In this document: positions 35,095 through 44,245 of the stretch, one piece after another
How the letters are laid out: each line of letters begins with the position of its first letter
Position numbering within the stretch: position 1 is the first letter of the stretch
Virus record (IMG/VR): IMGVR_UViG_3300024952_000001
Span: 1 to 53,223 of that record
Source: a virus
Taxonomy: Duplodnaviria > Caudoviricetes
Length of the DNA stretch: 53,223 nucleotides
Direction: 5' to 3' (one strand)
Position numbers and translations under genes: made by a program
Notes under the pieces: generated by a model
What the model was told of the DNA's origin: nothing
The model's input: only the letters and a program-made list of their open reading frames with translations
Databases searched by the model: none

Positions 35095-35715
35095 TTATGC
35101 CCCTTGCGCACCCTGCGGCGCACTTACTTTTCCACCTAGCTTTTGAACAAATGCCTGGTAATGTGAAACCGCCCTGCCAGAATTGCTATGTTCGTCATCG
35201 CGTGATTCGGAACGGTAAATAACATAGTCAGCTAAAGCAGGCGCTACACTTTCTGGTACTTCGGTTATTGCATCATTCAGTGCGTAGGTCTGTGGATTCC
35301 TGATGTAGATTACTTCTAATAATTGCATATCAGGTGCTTTGGGGTAGATGTAGAAACGTAGCGGATCGCCTGCGAATCTTGTCCAATTTTGCGCTGGTCC
35401 TGCCGTGTCACTAGCCCAATCCGGATTAAATGCAGACATAGCCATCAAATCCATTGGTAAAATCGCCTTGCCGTCTTTAATTCTTATTACCTGTTCAATT
35501 GCCTGAGCGTTTAAAAATGTAATAGCCTGCTCTGTCTGGCCTTCGGTGCAGCTGAAATCGCCAGATGTTTTGAAGTATTGCGGCGCTATGGTTGAGCACT
35601 CTTTCAGTCCGTCATTTACATACCCCAATAACTCAGGGTCGCTAATACGCAAAGATACGGTGTCCTTATCGTTATAAATACTGCGTGCAATGTTAATAAT
35701 GCTTTGCGGTGTCAT
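35095..35715 (-). CDS. Head-tail adaptor/tail tubular protein A-like
   Basis: ELLGYVNDG, FYIYP, ALADYVIYR. Confidence 0.7.
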   Translation of the reverse strand: MTPQSIINIARSIYNDKDTVSLRISDPELLGYVNDGLKECSTIAPQYFKTSGDFSCTEGQTEQAITFLNAQAIEQVIRIKDGKAILPMDLMAMSAFNPDWASDTAGPAQNWTRFAGDPLRFYIYPKAPDMQLLEVIYIRNPQTYALNDAITEVPESVAPALADYVIYRSESRDDEHSNSGRAVSHYQAFVQKLGGKVSAPQGAQGA

Positions 35716-35733
35716 GGTGCATATCCCTTGCTG

Positions 35734-36414
35734 CTAAGTTTGAATAATGTTGATAGGCGTAACGCTTGCTGTATGAGGTCTTGGCGTTAAACTTCCAGAA
35801 AAATCATTTATGGAAATACTGCCTAAATCTGGTCTATTTCTTATGCCGTGTATTCTTACGATTGAAGAAAGCAAGTTGTCGTCAGCGTTAATTGATGCCT
35901 CGGCCACTATTGCTAATGCACCATTACTGGTTAGGCTATCGTCCTGAGCAATAAAGATCAGATCAGCTAAAACAACCAATGCCGCGCTTGATGTAAGCTG
36001 ATTAGCATCTTGCGTGATTGTTAATGTGGCAGAAGTGCCGTTTTCAGCGTCTGATTCAAGCGTGTCGTCTGCTTGAGTGAATGTAACGTCTGCAGCAATG
36101 GGTAATGATGCGTCAGTTACAAGCCCGTCATTCTGCTGTGAATATGCAGCATCAGCAACGATTGGCAGCACTGATTGAGCATCAATGGCGTTGTCATCTT
36201 GCGTGATTGTTAGAGTAGCCTGTATTAATCCGCGCGCATCAGATGAAAGTAAGTTTTCATCCTGATTGGCGGTTAATGTTGCCTGAACACTAACCGCTGT
36301 AGTTGACGTTAATGTATTATCATCTTGTGTTTGCGATAAGTCGGCGCGTATAAAATCTTCACCACCATTAAAGGCGGCAATGTTATAAGCCTGGCTGTTA
36401 TACGCCCATGACAT
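35734..36414 (-). CDS. Virion protein with 8 x 21-aa repeats
   Basis: Repeat unit approximating IxAxLTxTQDDNxLxSxAxLx. Confidence 0.75.
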   Translation of the reverse strand: MSWAYNSQAYNIAAFNGGEDFIRADLSQTQDDNTLTSTTAVSVQATLTANQDENLLSSDARGLIQATLTITQDDNAIDAQSVLPIVADAAYSQQNDGLVTDASLPIAADVTFTQADDTLESDAENGTSATLTITQDANQLTSSAALVVLADLIFIAQDDSLTSNGALAIVAEASINADDNLLSSIVRIHGIRNRPDLGSISINDFSGSLTPRPHTASVTPINIIQT

Positions 36415-36431
36415 TATCCACTAGCGCGTTA

Positions 36432-36830
36432 TTACGCATTACCTGCATTGATGGTAAATGTGTTTACAGTAATTGATTGACCTACTGCAGTATTGGTGTT
36501 GTCAACGGACATATCACCGCCGCCGCCTGTAAGCGTTACAGATCCTTGCACATGGCAAGTTGAGCCTGCTGAGTTTTTAATGCGAAAATGCCCGATTACA
36601 CCAGCGGCTATTCCTGCAACTGTCCATGTGCCAGCTTTCGCTTTAGAGCCTGCAGAAGCTGCCGCCATCCAATCACTAGGTAATGTTATTTCAGCTAACA
36701 AGGTGCCGCTATCTGCTGCGGCACAATTGGCTGGTGCAGCACCACTTCTAAATTGAAGCTTTGCCGACACGCCTGCTGTAGATTCCATTTGGTCTAACTG
36801 GTTATTACGCAAAGTAACTGAATATTGCAT
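36432..36830 (-). CDS. Small beta-rich virion protein
   Basis: Ala/Gly/Thr-rich; GTLLAEITLP, GHFRI; structural module. Confidence 0.65.
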   Translation of the reverse strand: MQYSVTLRNNQLDQMESTAGVSAKLQFRSGAAPANCAAADSGTLLAEITLPSDWMAAASAGSKAKAGTWTVAGIAAGVIGHFRIKNSAGSTCHVQGSVTLTGGGGDMSVDNTNTAVGQSITVNTFTINAGNA

Positions 36831-36842
36831 GTTTGTTTTCCC

Positions 36843-37463
36843 TTAAAATGAATGCATCTTTACGCGCAATGGCTTGGAGCCGCCGCCTTTTGAATAACGT
36901 AAGCTCTCTTTTGCAATAGCTGAATCAAATGTGTTTTTGTAAATGGCCGCCTGTTGCAAGTTAGTCCAAGGTTGATTAGCCTGCATCATCAGAAATGACT
37001 TAGCACCTGCGGCTACTTCTGAGTTGTAGCGTTGATACAAGTCATCTGGCAAAGTGGTTGCAGTTTCTGATGGCCTTGTTTTTATGGTAACGACTAACGC
37101 TTCTGCCGCGTCTGGCGTGCGGATAAGGTGAAGGCTTCTACCACTTAGGTAATAGTAGTAAGGCGTGCCTGTTTCCGTGTCCTCTTCGCTTCGTAGTGCA
37201 TCATGCTGTGATGATGGGTCAAGCTCACGACCATCACGGCGAACTGAAATAACATCATCAGGCTCGGTATCGTCTAGCATTAAAGTGGTTAGGTCATAAC
37301 TAGGCGTGTTAGCAATTGTGTTAAGTGTTACCACCTCTTGCATAATCTTGGTGCGCTTACAAAACTCAATGCCAGCACGTAGGATTGCATCTAATATTTG
37401 AATCTCTGGACACATTGGCACCTCTGGCCGCACGTACTTAGCAAAATTAGCCAATGTCGCCAT
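36843..37463 (-). CDS. Head-tail adaptor-like protein
   Basis: VRPEVPMCP..AGIEFCKRT..GTPYYY..QPWTN. Confidence 0.65.
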   Translation of the reverse strand: MATLANFAKYVRPEVPMCPEIQILDAILRAGIEFCKRTKIMQEVVTLNTIANTPSYDLTTLMLDDTEPDDVISVRRDGRELDPSSQHDALRSEEDTETGTPYYYYLSGRSLHLIRTPDAAEALVVTIKTRPSETATTLPDDLYQRYNSEVAAGAKSFLMMQANQPWTNLQQAAIYKNTFDSAIAKESLRYSKGGGSKPLRVKMHSF

Positions 37464-37465
37464 GA

Positions 37466-38107
37466 TTAAACGCTAGCCTTTGCTGCTGCGATTGCTGCCG
37501 CTAGCTTTTCATTGCCAAACAAGTGAGGGCTTTTAATCTTCAATGCTTTAGCTTCTGCCAGTAATGCATCACGGTTAAGCTCTTTCGTTTCAACTGCTGG
37601 ATTTTGCTCTGTAGCTGGTGCGCTTTCTGTTTCCTGCGCTACCGGCTCGGCTTGCTTGCCGCCTTCCGCTGTTTGCGGCTTTTGGCCTTCATCTGCTGGC
37701 GCTGCGTCAGTAAGTTTTGGAGTACGCAAAAACTCAATTTGAGCATTTAGTTCTGCTTCGCGCTCATCTTCATCTAGCGCATTCCATTCGCTGATAGTCA
37801 TGCCAGTGTACTCAAATGCACCACGCACAATATCGCCTAACGGCAGCTCTATACCTTCGGCAATAGTTACTACTGATGGAAACAATGAACTACCAAGCAG
37901 CACGGTACTTTCTTGGCTTGGGTTAACTTCCTCACCTTCCGGCACGCGATAACCATCTTTAATGCTAAGAAAGCGGTCAATGTGCGACTGGTTAGTTACT
38001 TCGCATAAATGGCGAGGCTCTGTATCAGTAGCGTTAAAGAAGTAGGTCATATCGCCTATTTCTACGGTTGTGCCTGCTTTACGTTTGATGATGGATTCAA
38101 TTTTCAT
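37466..38107 (-). CDS. Hypothetical head-module protein
   Basis: ORF track; SD GAGG. Confidence 0.7.
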   Translation of the reverse strand: MKIESIIKRKAGTTVEIGDMTYFFNATDTEPRHLCEVTNQSHIDRFLSIKDGYRVPEGEEVNPSQESTVLLGSSLFPSVVTIAEGIELPLGDIVRGAFEYTGMTISEWNALDEDEREAELNAQIEFLRTPKLTDAAPADEGQKPQTAEGGKQAEPVAQETESAPATEQNPAVETKELNRDALLAEAKALKIKSPHLFGNEKLAAAIAAAKASV

Positions 38108-38168
38108 TTGAAAACCTCGTAATAATTTTGGGTTGTGTGGGATGTTGGGTTAGTAGAAGGAACACGGC

Positions 38169-38190
38169 AGGACGGCGAACCGCCCTGCTA
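38169..38190 (-). terminator. UUCG-capped GC-rich hairpin after the decoration gene
   Basis: Minus strand gcagggcgg-ttcg-ccgtcctgc; weak U tract. Confidence 0.45.
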
Positions 38191-38209
38191 TATCCCCCAC
38201 CCCAAACTT

Positions 38210-38668
38210 TTATACTGCGCGATAACGCAGTTCTAACTGAACTGAACCTGCTGCGGCTGTTGCGGCACCTGTAGCGATCACAACACCTACAACACGGTCA
38301 TAATCTACTGCTGTAACCGCATCAAGTGCGTCATAAGTGGTCTTTGATGCGTGATGTAGCGCAATACCGCCTGCTTGACCGATGGTTGAACCTGCCAACA
38401 AAGATGTTTCAATCGCCGTTTCAGCAGCATTCAAGATGCCTAGGTTTAGCAAGATAGCTGGCGCACCGTTGCTATCAAGGTCGCTTGCATTAAGCGTGTA
38501 GCCAACTGGAATGCAATCAGCTGGTAATACAGCCAAAGCCAAGATATTGCCTGCAGCATTCTGTGCTGATGTTAATAACACCTTGCCCTTTACAGTCAAG
38601 TCCTCTTGGGCTACTGGACTAGGCGCTGGCAACTTGCCAGAACCATACAGTGAATCAATTTTAGCCAT
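38210..38668 (-). CDS. Capsid decoration/cement protein
   Basis: Directly after the capsid gene; Ala/Gly-rich beta protein, DLDSNGAP. Confidence 0.6.
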   Translation of the reverse strand: MAKIDSLYGSGKLPAPSPVAQEDLTVKGKVLLTSAQNAAGNILALAVLPADCIPVGYTLNASDLDSNGAPAILLNLGILNAAETAIETSLLAGSTIGQAGGIALHHASKTTYDALDAVTAVDYDRVVGVVIATGAATAAAGSVQLELRYRAV

Positions 38669-38704
38669 GCTTTTACTCCTTAAAATTCGTTTTCAAAGTA
38701 ACCG

Positions 38705-38726
38705 CTAGGCCGACTTAACGGCCTAG
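38705..38726 (-). terminator. Hairpin after the major capsid gene
   Basis: ctaggccg-N6-cggcctag inverted repeat. Confidence 0.5.
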
Positions 38727-38734
38727 TCAGTTAA

Positions 38735-39853
38735 TTAGCTTGGGTCAGCTACCGCAGTATCTAAGGCGATTACACCAAAGTCGCGTGAGGTGCCGTCCAC
38801 TGTGAAAGCGGTTTTCTTCACACCAAAGATAGAGCCGGTAGTAATCACAACTTGATTGCCGCGATCTTCCATTTCCTCGTTCCAATCAAAGCGCAAGCCT
38901 GTACCAGCGGAACCGAAGGCAACTACAGCGGCTTGACGGCCTAAGAACAATGCACGCGCTGCCGTTACGTTGTTACCTGCGCCGTAGTCATTGAAGCGGA
39001 TTACATTGCGGTGAGAATGCAGGATCACGTTGTTATACATGCCCAAATTGCCCTTGAATAATGGGTTATTACGACCTTCTGCCGTAGCTGCTGCTTTCTG
39101 AATATCCATCCAGCCACCAGCGCCAGCATCGCGGCGTAAGTCATACTCTTGCCAAGGGTGCATTACGATAACGTAGTGCTCTTCACCATCAATCATCACT
39201 GGTTGAATAGATGGAACGCCACCTGTACCGCCGCCCATCGTTGCAGCACGCGCAACAGTACGGTCAATCAAAGCAAGATCAAGCTTGTCTGCTGAATCAA
39301 TCGTGCCTTTACTGGTTGCGTTGCCGCCATGCAATAAGTGCTTGTCATCTGGCGCAACTAAAGCATTGCCTGCGTAGCCGGCGAAGTCGGTATCTTCAAT
39401 GAAATCATCATTGATACCACGAGCACCAGAAAGGTAAGTGAATAGCGTTTCGTCAAACAAACGTGACCACCATTCAGCTTGACGTGTTTTCGCAATCTTA
39501 CGAATGTCGTGAATCGTGCGCTTGTTACTCATTTTGCCGCCGCCGTTAACGCCGCCGCGGAATTGGTCAATCAAAAGACTATCGGTATAGAACTTCAAGT
39601 CCTCTTCTTTGCCACGCAAGGTTTTGTCGCCACGAACAGGCTTCATCTTGAGTTGCATTACCAGGTCATACGAAATTTTGTCGCCTGAATCTTGCTCAAG
39701 ATCGGTAAGAGTTTGAATAGGTGTTTGTGCATCTTCGCCAACACCCATCATCTTTTTGTTGAAATATGAAGTGCGGCTTACATCAACCGCTAATAATGCC
39801 GAATATTTCTGTACGGCTTTTGGATCGCCAACGCCAACTACTGACTTTGCCAT
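38735..39853 (-). CDS. Major capsid protein, N4-gp56/DUF4043 family
   Basis: GDKISYDL..LRGKEEDLKFYTD..IDQFRGGV..NPLFKGNLGMYNNVILH..GVKKTAF..DFGVIALDT. Confidence 0.9.
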   Translation of the reverse strand: MAKSVVGVGDPKAVQKYSALLAVDVSRTSYFNKKMMGVGEDAQTPIQTLTDLEQDSGDKISYDLVMQLKMKPVRGDKTLRGKEEDLKFYTDSLLIDQFRGGVNGGGKMSNKRTIHDIRKIAKTRQAEWWSRLFDETLFTYLSGARGINDDFIEDTDFAGYAGNALVAPDDKHLLHGGNATSKGTIDSADKLDLALIDRTVARAATMGGGTGGVPSIQPVMIDGEEHYVIVMHPWQEYDLRRDAGAGGWMDIQKAAATAEGRNNPLFKGNLGMYNNVILHSHRNVIRFNDYGAGNNVTAARALFLGRQAAVVAFGSAGTGLRFDWNEEMEDRGNQVVITTGSIFGVKKTAFTVDGTSRDFGVIALDTAVADPS

Positions 39854-39948
39854 AGTGTTACTCCTCTAAAAGTTAAAATTCACTCCGAGGCACTCATGCG
39901 CGTCAGTTTTGTTACGTTCTTGCTATTACAAATGCATTTATACGTCCA

Positions 39949-39960
39949 ATAATTGCATTT
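39949..39960 (-). promoter_or_regulatory. AAATGCAATTAT motif, followed after 6 nt by TATAAA, upstream of the capsid gene
   Basis: Identical 12-mer also at 24637 and 44062. Confidence 0.6.
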
Positions 39961-39963
39961 GCA

Positions 39964-40170
39964 TTAAGGCTTATTCATTGTTAAACCATTTTTAGCGATT
40001 GCCGAAGCGCTGCCGCCAGCCTTACTTACCGCCAAAACAACATCGCTATCTGCTTTAATGTCAAGCCTAGCAATCTGTCCAGACTTCTTAAGAATAGTGA
40101 TCTCAATACGTCCATTATCAAACGTGATTGATTCGCCTACTTTTAAATCTTGCTTTATGGTTTTACTCAA
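39964..40170 (-). CDS. CsrA/RsmA-like protein
   Basis: LKVGESITFDNGRIEITILKKSGQIARLDIKAD follows the CsrA beta-strand pattern but lacks HREE. Confidence 0.6.
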   Translation of the reverse strand: MSKTIKQDLKVGESITFDNGRIEITILKKSGQIARLDIKADSDVVLAVSKAGGSASAIAKNGLTMNKP

Positions 40171-40191
40171 AATAAGCCTTCAATGCTTTTA

Positions 40192-41037
40192 TTAGCTTGT
40201 TAAATAACGTTGCACTTGCTCTGGGTTAAGCTTGGCTACCGCACGTTCCAAGTCCATGCCAGTTAGTTTTTCCAAGTGCGCAAACTCACCGCCATTTTCT
40301 GAATCGGTATCAGCTGCAGGTAGATTGCTTAACGTTTTTGGAATCTTGCTAAGGTCTGGCTTACGGACTGTGCGCTTCTGTTCTGTATTAGAAGCAGTAC
40401 CAAAGCGCTCACGCACAATCTTGTCAGCTTCATTTAAAAAGAATGTGCCTTTTTGATTGACGTATTTAGGGTCATTAGCCAGGTCAATCACCGCGGCATT
40501 AAGTGCGGCCATTACGATTTTGTCTTTGTAGATAGCATTACGTTTATCGCCAAAGAATTGTTCCTGCTCCCACTTCCAGCGCTCATTATCAATATGAGCA
40601 TTTTGCTTAGCGGCATTCTCTGCGCTTGCTTGCTTGATGCGCAGTGCGGTTTCTTCATCAGAAATTTCATCTTTCTTAGCCTCATACTGGTCAAGATCAA
40701 TGTCGCCGTTGTTTAACTGATCACGCAACTCAGCCTTAGCGGCTTTAATGTCAGCCATGCGCTTATCAAAATCATCAACAAACTCAGCCGTTTGTTTTGG
40801 GATAAATGCATCTACGGCCTCGGCTTCATCAGACAAGGCATCGTCTGCGGCATCGTCAGCATTAACATCGTTGCCATCGCCACTTGTGGCATCAGCATCA
40901 TCTTCGGAATCATCATCGCCAGCGACTGCACGCAATGCGTCCGCATCATCCGCGCCGTCATCTTCGCTATCATTAAGCGCAGCCAACTCTTCTGGTGAAA
41001 GCCCTGCTAGTGATTGGTCGTCATCTTCTACTGCCAT
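40192..41037 (-). CDS. Capsid scaffolding protein
   Basis: Very acidic N-terminus plus coiled coil; between portal and capsid. Confidence 0.75.
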   Translation of the reverse strand: MAVEDDDQSLAGLSPEELAALNDSEDDGADDADALRAVAGDDDSEDDADATSGDGNDVNADDAADDALSDEAEAVDAFIPKQTAEFVDDFDKRMADIKAAKAELRDQLNNGDIDLDQYEAKKDEISDEETALRIKQASAENAAKQNAHIDNERWKWEQEQFFGDKRNAIYKDKIVMAALNAAVIDLANDPKYVNQKGTFFLNEADKIVRERFGTASNTEQKRTVRKPDLSKIPKTLSNLPAADTDSENGGEFAHLEKLTGMDLERAVAKLNPEQVQRYLTS

Positions 41038-41086
41038 AATATTTACTCCTGTTTCTTGGGTTGTGGTTGGTAAAACTGGTTACTGC

Positions 41087-41317
41087 TTAATCGTCACTAT
41101 CACCGTCAGGCTCTTTTCTGTCTTTCTTACCAGCAAGGCCGGATGCTTCCATCGCGTCATACTGTTTCTTGGCACAGGCCCGGGCAGCTGCAAAGCGCTT
41201 CGGGTCTTTTTTGATCTTCTCAGCTTCTACCAATGTGCGCATATCTTCCTGCGCCTGCCATTCGTTCATGTTTGAATCTTCTGCAATTTGCACTTTCCCT
41301 GCATTTGTTTTAGCCAT
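41087..41317 (-). CDS. Small head-module protein
   Basis: WQAQEDMRTLVEAEKIKKDPKRFAAA. Confidence 0.7.
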   Translation of the reverse strand: MAKTNAGKVQIAEDSNMNEWQAQEDMRTLVEAEKIKKDPKRFAAARACAKKQYDAMEASGLAGKKDRKEPDGDSDD

Positions 41318-43601
41318 TTCTCACCCCGTCATTTTCGATAGTTTCAATACCTTGATTTACCCCTTGCATGGCACTTTGAGCTGCAGCGCCATTCATTGGG
41401 TCTTGGTCTAATGGTTGTACTGGCGCAACTTCTGCCGCCTGATTGACTGCTGCTTGCTCTTGATTGGTTGGTTTAAAGCCTGCGCCTTTCATGATTTCAT
41501 CAGCTACGGCTGCGGCATTAGGTACCGTTGCAACTACTTGACCTGCTTGTAATGCTGCATACATCGCTTTAATGCGCTCAGTTAATGCCTGTGCATCTAG
41601 CTTGTCAGTTTCAGCAATTAACTTAGATAATTGGTTGCGCATCGTTTCTATTGCCATTTCCTGCTGCATTGATTGCACTTTTGCGGCCTGAGCCTTTGCC
41701 TGTGCTGCTTCTGGCGTTTCTTCTGCTTCTGGATCTGATTGTCCATTGATTGAACGAATGCGATCCACTAACTGCTGCTTATTAGGCAGGTCTGCCATCT
41801 CAATCACTAAATCCAGCAAGTTCAACGCTACTTGTGGGTTCATCTGGGCTAGGCGACCAACAATATCAAACAAGCTTTCAAACATTGCTTGTCTTAAGCT
41901 GCTGCGGTAGTCCTGTTCGCTTACTACAAAATCGGTTTGGAATTGTGTAATGTCATTGATGATGTTGCCTTCTTCATCCGGCACATTGATTTCTTCATAC
42001 TTAGGCTGGCCTTTTTCACCAGTAATTCGCACTACCTTTTGCTCGGTATAAAACTGCTCTACGTTAGATAGTTCGATTTCGCCCACTAACTGCACTGAAT
42101 AGCGTAGGTTGTCAAAAATCTGTGTAGTTGATACGCTGCCCTGCTCTTGGCGTGCTGTAATCGCTACGCCACTATTAGCGTTCGTTTGGCGGCCTAAGTT
42201 CTCTGCTGTGATGCCTGAAACGTTACGAATATGCTGCACGTTTCTGTCCATCAGCTTCAATTGCTCCTCTGCAAGCTGAATATCACGGTTGAATGATAAC
42301 TCTGCACCTTTTTTCTTTACAATTAAGAAGTCCGGACGCGATGCCTCTTCTCGCAATTCATCCCAATCTTCTACCGCACCCTCTTCGGCAATAATGCCGT
42401 TGGCTGAAAGAATCCATAGCGCTTTTGATTGGCGCTTGTTTAAATCATCTTGTGGGTCACGTAAACCACGAATCACGCCATAAGGTGCTTTGTCGCGTCT
42501 GCGGCGATAGCACCACACCGGAACAAATGGGAAACGGTTATGCTCGTAGGGCGATTCACTGTCTGCAACTAATCCACCGTCACAGAAAATAGCGCAGCGC
42601 ACTTGCATTTCCAGCTTGTCATACAAGCTGAATTGATTGCGTAAAGCTTCTATGTGCTCAGGGTTCTCTTTATCAAACACCTGGTTATCAAAGTCACCGC
42701 CGCTAAACTTTCTGACTAACACAGGTACTTTGTACCAGCACTCAGTCATTTTCACGCGCTCTCTGGCATTTAAGCCTTTTGCGCTGCCGTCATACGGCAT
42801 GTATTTGCCAATGCTTGCGGTTGGTTGATAATCAAATCCTGCTTGAGTAACTCGCGCACCAAGGTAATAAGATTCTTCGTCCTCTTCATATCGCTGGTTT
42901 GTGCTAATGCTAGATTTGATAATGTCCGAACGCTCAGGAAAATAAGCCACAGCAATGTCGGCATCAAGCCAGCGGTTACGGAAAATGTAACGCCCATCGC
43001 TCAAATCCATTTCATTAGCGTTGCTGTCATAAAGAACATTGAGCCAATCTTCATTGCGCGTATAAATAAGCTCTTCTGTTGGGTCACCGCGAACGCCTGA
43101 TTCAATCCAGCCAACACCAGCCTTTACTGCTGATTCAAATGCAAAGCTACGGCTAAATGGCGTTTTATTAACGTCTGACAAATACTTAAGCAGCATTGTC
43201 TTAATTTCTGCATCTTTGCGACTGCCTTCGTCTTTACGTCTAGCCAATACTTTATGGTCAATGCGCGTGCGGCGCTCCGTGCCTATAATCCAATCAATGG
43301 TTGGCTTGACCTCATTGAACACCAGTGGTGCTTGTCCGCGCTCCATAAGCACCTGTGCATCTTCAACCGACCATTGCATTGAATCGTAATAATCTTCATC
43401 TAGCGCCATTTGATAGCGGTTAGCAGATTGCAAGCGCATTTCTTGGTCGTACCATTCACGAATCTGGCTTAAGCGCTTTTGGCTGGCCTGATTATCTAGT
43501 GGGTTTTCTGGCTGCTCATCCGGTTCAACTTCACTCGTTACATTGGCGAATGGATCATGCGAACTGCTGCCGCGCACATTGGTAAATCCGTTCTGGCTCA
43601 T
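41310..43601 (-). CDS. Portal protein (P22-like)
   Basis: DEDYYDSMQW, RGQAPLVFNEVKPTI, FPFVP, YGVIRGLRDPQDDLNKR, NSGVAITARQEQG. Confidence 0.92.
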   Translation of the reverse strand: MSQNGFTNVRGSSSHDPFANVTSEVEPDEQPENPLDNQASQKRLSQIREWYDQEMRLQSANRYQMALDEDYYDSMQWSVEDAQVLMERGQAPLVFNEVKPTIDWIIGTERRTRIDHKVLARRKDEGSRKDAEIKTMLLKYLSDVNKTPFSRSFAFESAVKAGVGWIESGVRGDPTEELIYTRNEDWLNVLYDSNANEMDLSDGRYIFRNRWLDADIAVAYFPERSDIIKSSISTNQRYEEDEESYYLGARVTQAGFDYQPTASIGKYMPYDGSAKGLNARERVKMTECWYKVPVLVRKFSGGDFDNQVFDKENPEHIEALRNQFSLYDKLEMQVRCAIFCDGGLVADSESPYEHNRFPFVPVWCYRRRRDKAPYGVIRGLRDPQDDLNKRQSKALWILSANGIIAEEGAVEDWDELREEASRPDFLIVKKKGAELSFNRDIQLAEEQLKLMDRNVQHIRNVSGITAENLGRQTNANSGVAITARQEQGSVSTTQIFDNLRYSVQLVGEIELSNVEQFYTEQKVVRITGEKGQPKYEEINVPDEEGNIINDITQFQTDFVVSEQDYRSSLRQAMFESLFDIVGRLAQMNPQVALNLLDLVIEMADLPNKQQLVDRIRSINGQSDPEAEETPEAAQAKAQAAKVQSMQQEMAIETMRNQLSKLIAETDKLDAQALTERIKAMYAALQAGQVVATVPNAAAVADEIMKGAGFKPTNQEQAAVNQAAEVAPVQPLDQDPMNGAAAQSAMQGVNQGIETIENDGVRNG

Positions 43602-44020
43602 GCCATCTGCCCCATATCAGGCATTGATACCTCTTCGTGCCTAATGGTTTTGCCATCAACCTTGACTAGCATTTCACCAATGGCCTGCTCAACCTTTTGT
43701 TCTTGCGTAGGCTCTGGCGGCATTTCAATCAGGTCTGGTAAGCCTTCAATGATTACGTCTGCGATTTGATGTGCGGAAAACTTAGAAGCCTCAAAGCCCA
43801 TTTGTTTAGCTGCGGCGAAGGATTGGCTAACCAAGTAATTGATGTTTGTGTACTTGAACGCTGCTGATAGGCACAATACAAACGCGCCATTAGTAAGCGT
43901 GCGCTTAACCTTTGGAAATAGAACCATTGCTGGCTCTTCATTTACCCATTGAAACGAGCAAACAATGTCGCCAATCGTTCTGATTTTATAAGCTTTTTCG
44001 CCACCTAGAGTTACAGGCAT
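43598..44020 (-). CDS. Hypothetical protein upstream of the portal
   Basis: SD AGGA before ATG 44020; ATGA overlap with the portal. Confidence 0.75.
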   Translation of the reverse strand: MPVTLGGEKAYKIRTIGDIVCSFQWVNEEPAMVLFPKVKRTLTNGAFVLCLSAAFKYTNINYLVSQSFAAAKQMGFEASKFSAHQIADVIIEGLPDLIEMPPEPTQEQKVEQAIGEMLVKVDGKTIRHEEVSMPDMGQMA

Positions 44021-44061
44021 TTGTGAGAATCCTATGAGAATGTCCACAAATTCTGCCGTAC

Positions 44062-44073
44062 ATAATTGCATTT
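44062..44073 (-). promoter_or_regulatory. AAATGCAATTAT motif, followed after 6 nt by CAGAAT, upstream of the portal operon
   Basis: Identical 12-mer also at 24637 and 39949. Confidence 0.6.
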
Positions 44074-44096
44074 GATTCTAGGTGTATACTTAAACC

Positions 44097-44225
44097 TCTA
44101 GTGCAATGCGTAGGCGATACGCAGCGTGATGACTTAAGCAAAGTGAGAGAGCCTGCCCGTTAGGTTGCATACGTTACCGGAGCCACTTAGGTAATGCCAG
44201 GTTCGCATCTGGCGCACTAGAACCA
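44097..44225 (+). ncRNA. Candidate 129-nt tRNA-like RNA antisense to the late operon
   Basis: TATACT at 44085-44090; TCTAGTGC/GCACTAGA-ACCA; adjacent T-arm-like gccag-GTTCGCAT-ctggc; terminator directly after. Confidence 0.65.
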
Positions 44226-44245
44226 AGAGGCTTCGGCCTCTTTTT
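44225..44245 (+). terminator. Rho-independent terminator for the plus-strand RNA
   Basis: aagaggc-ttcg-gcctctt plus T tract. Confidence 0.85.
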
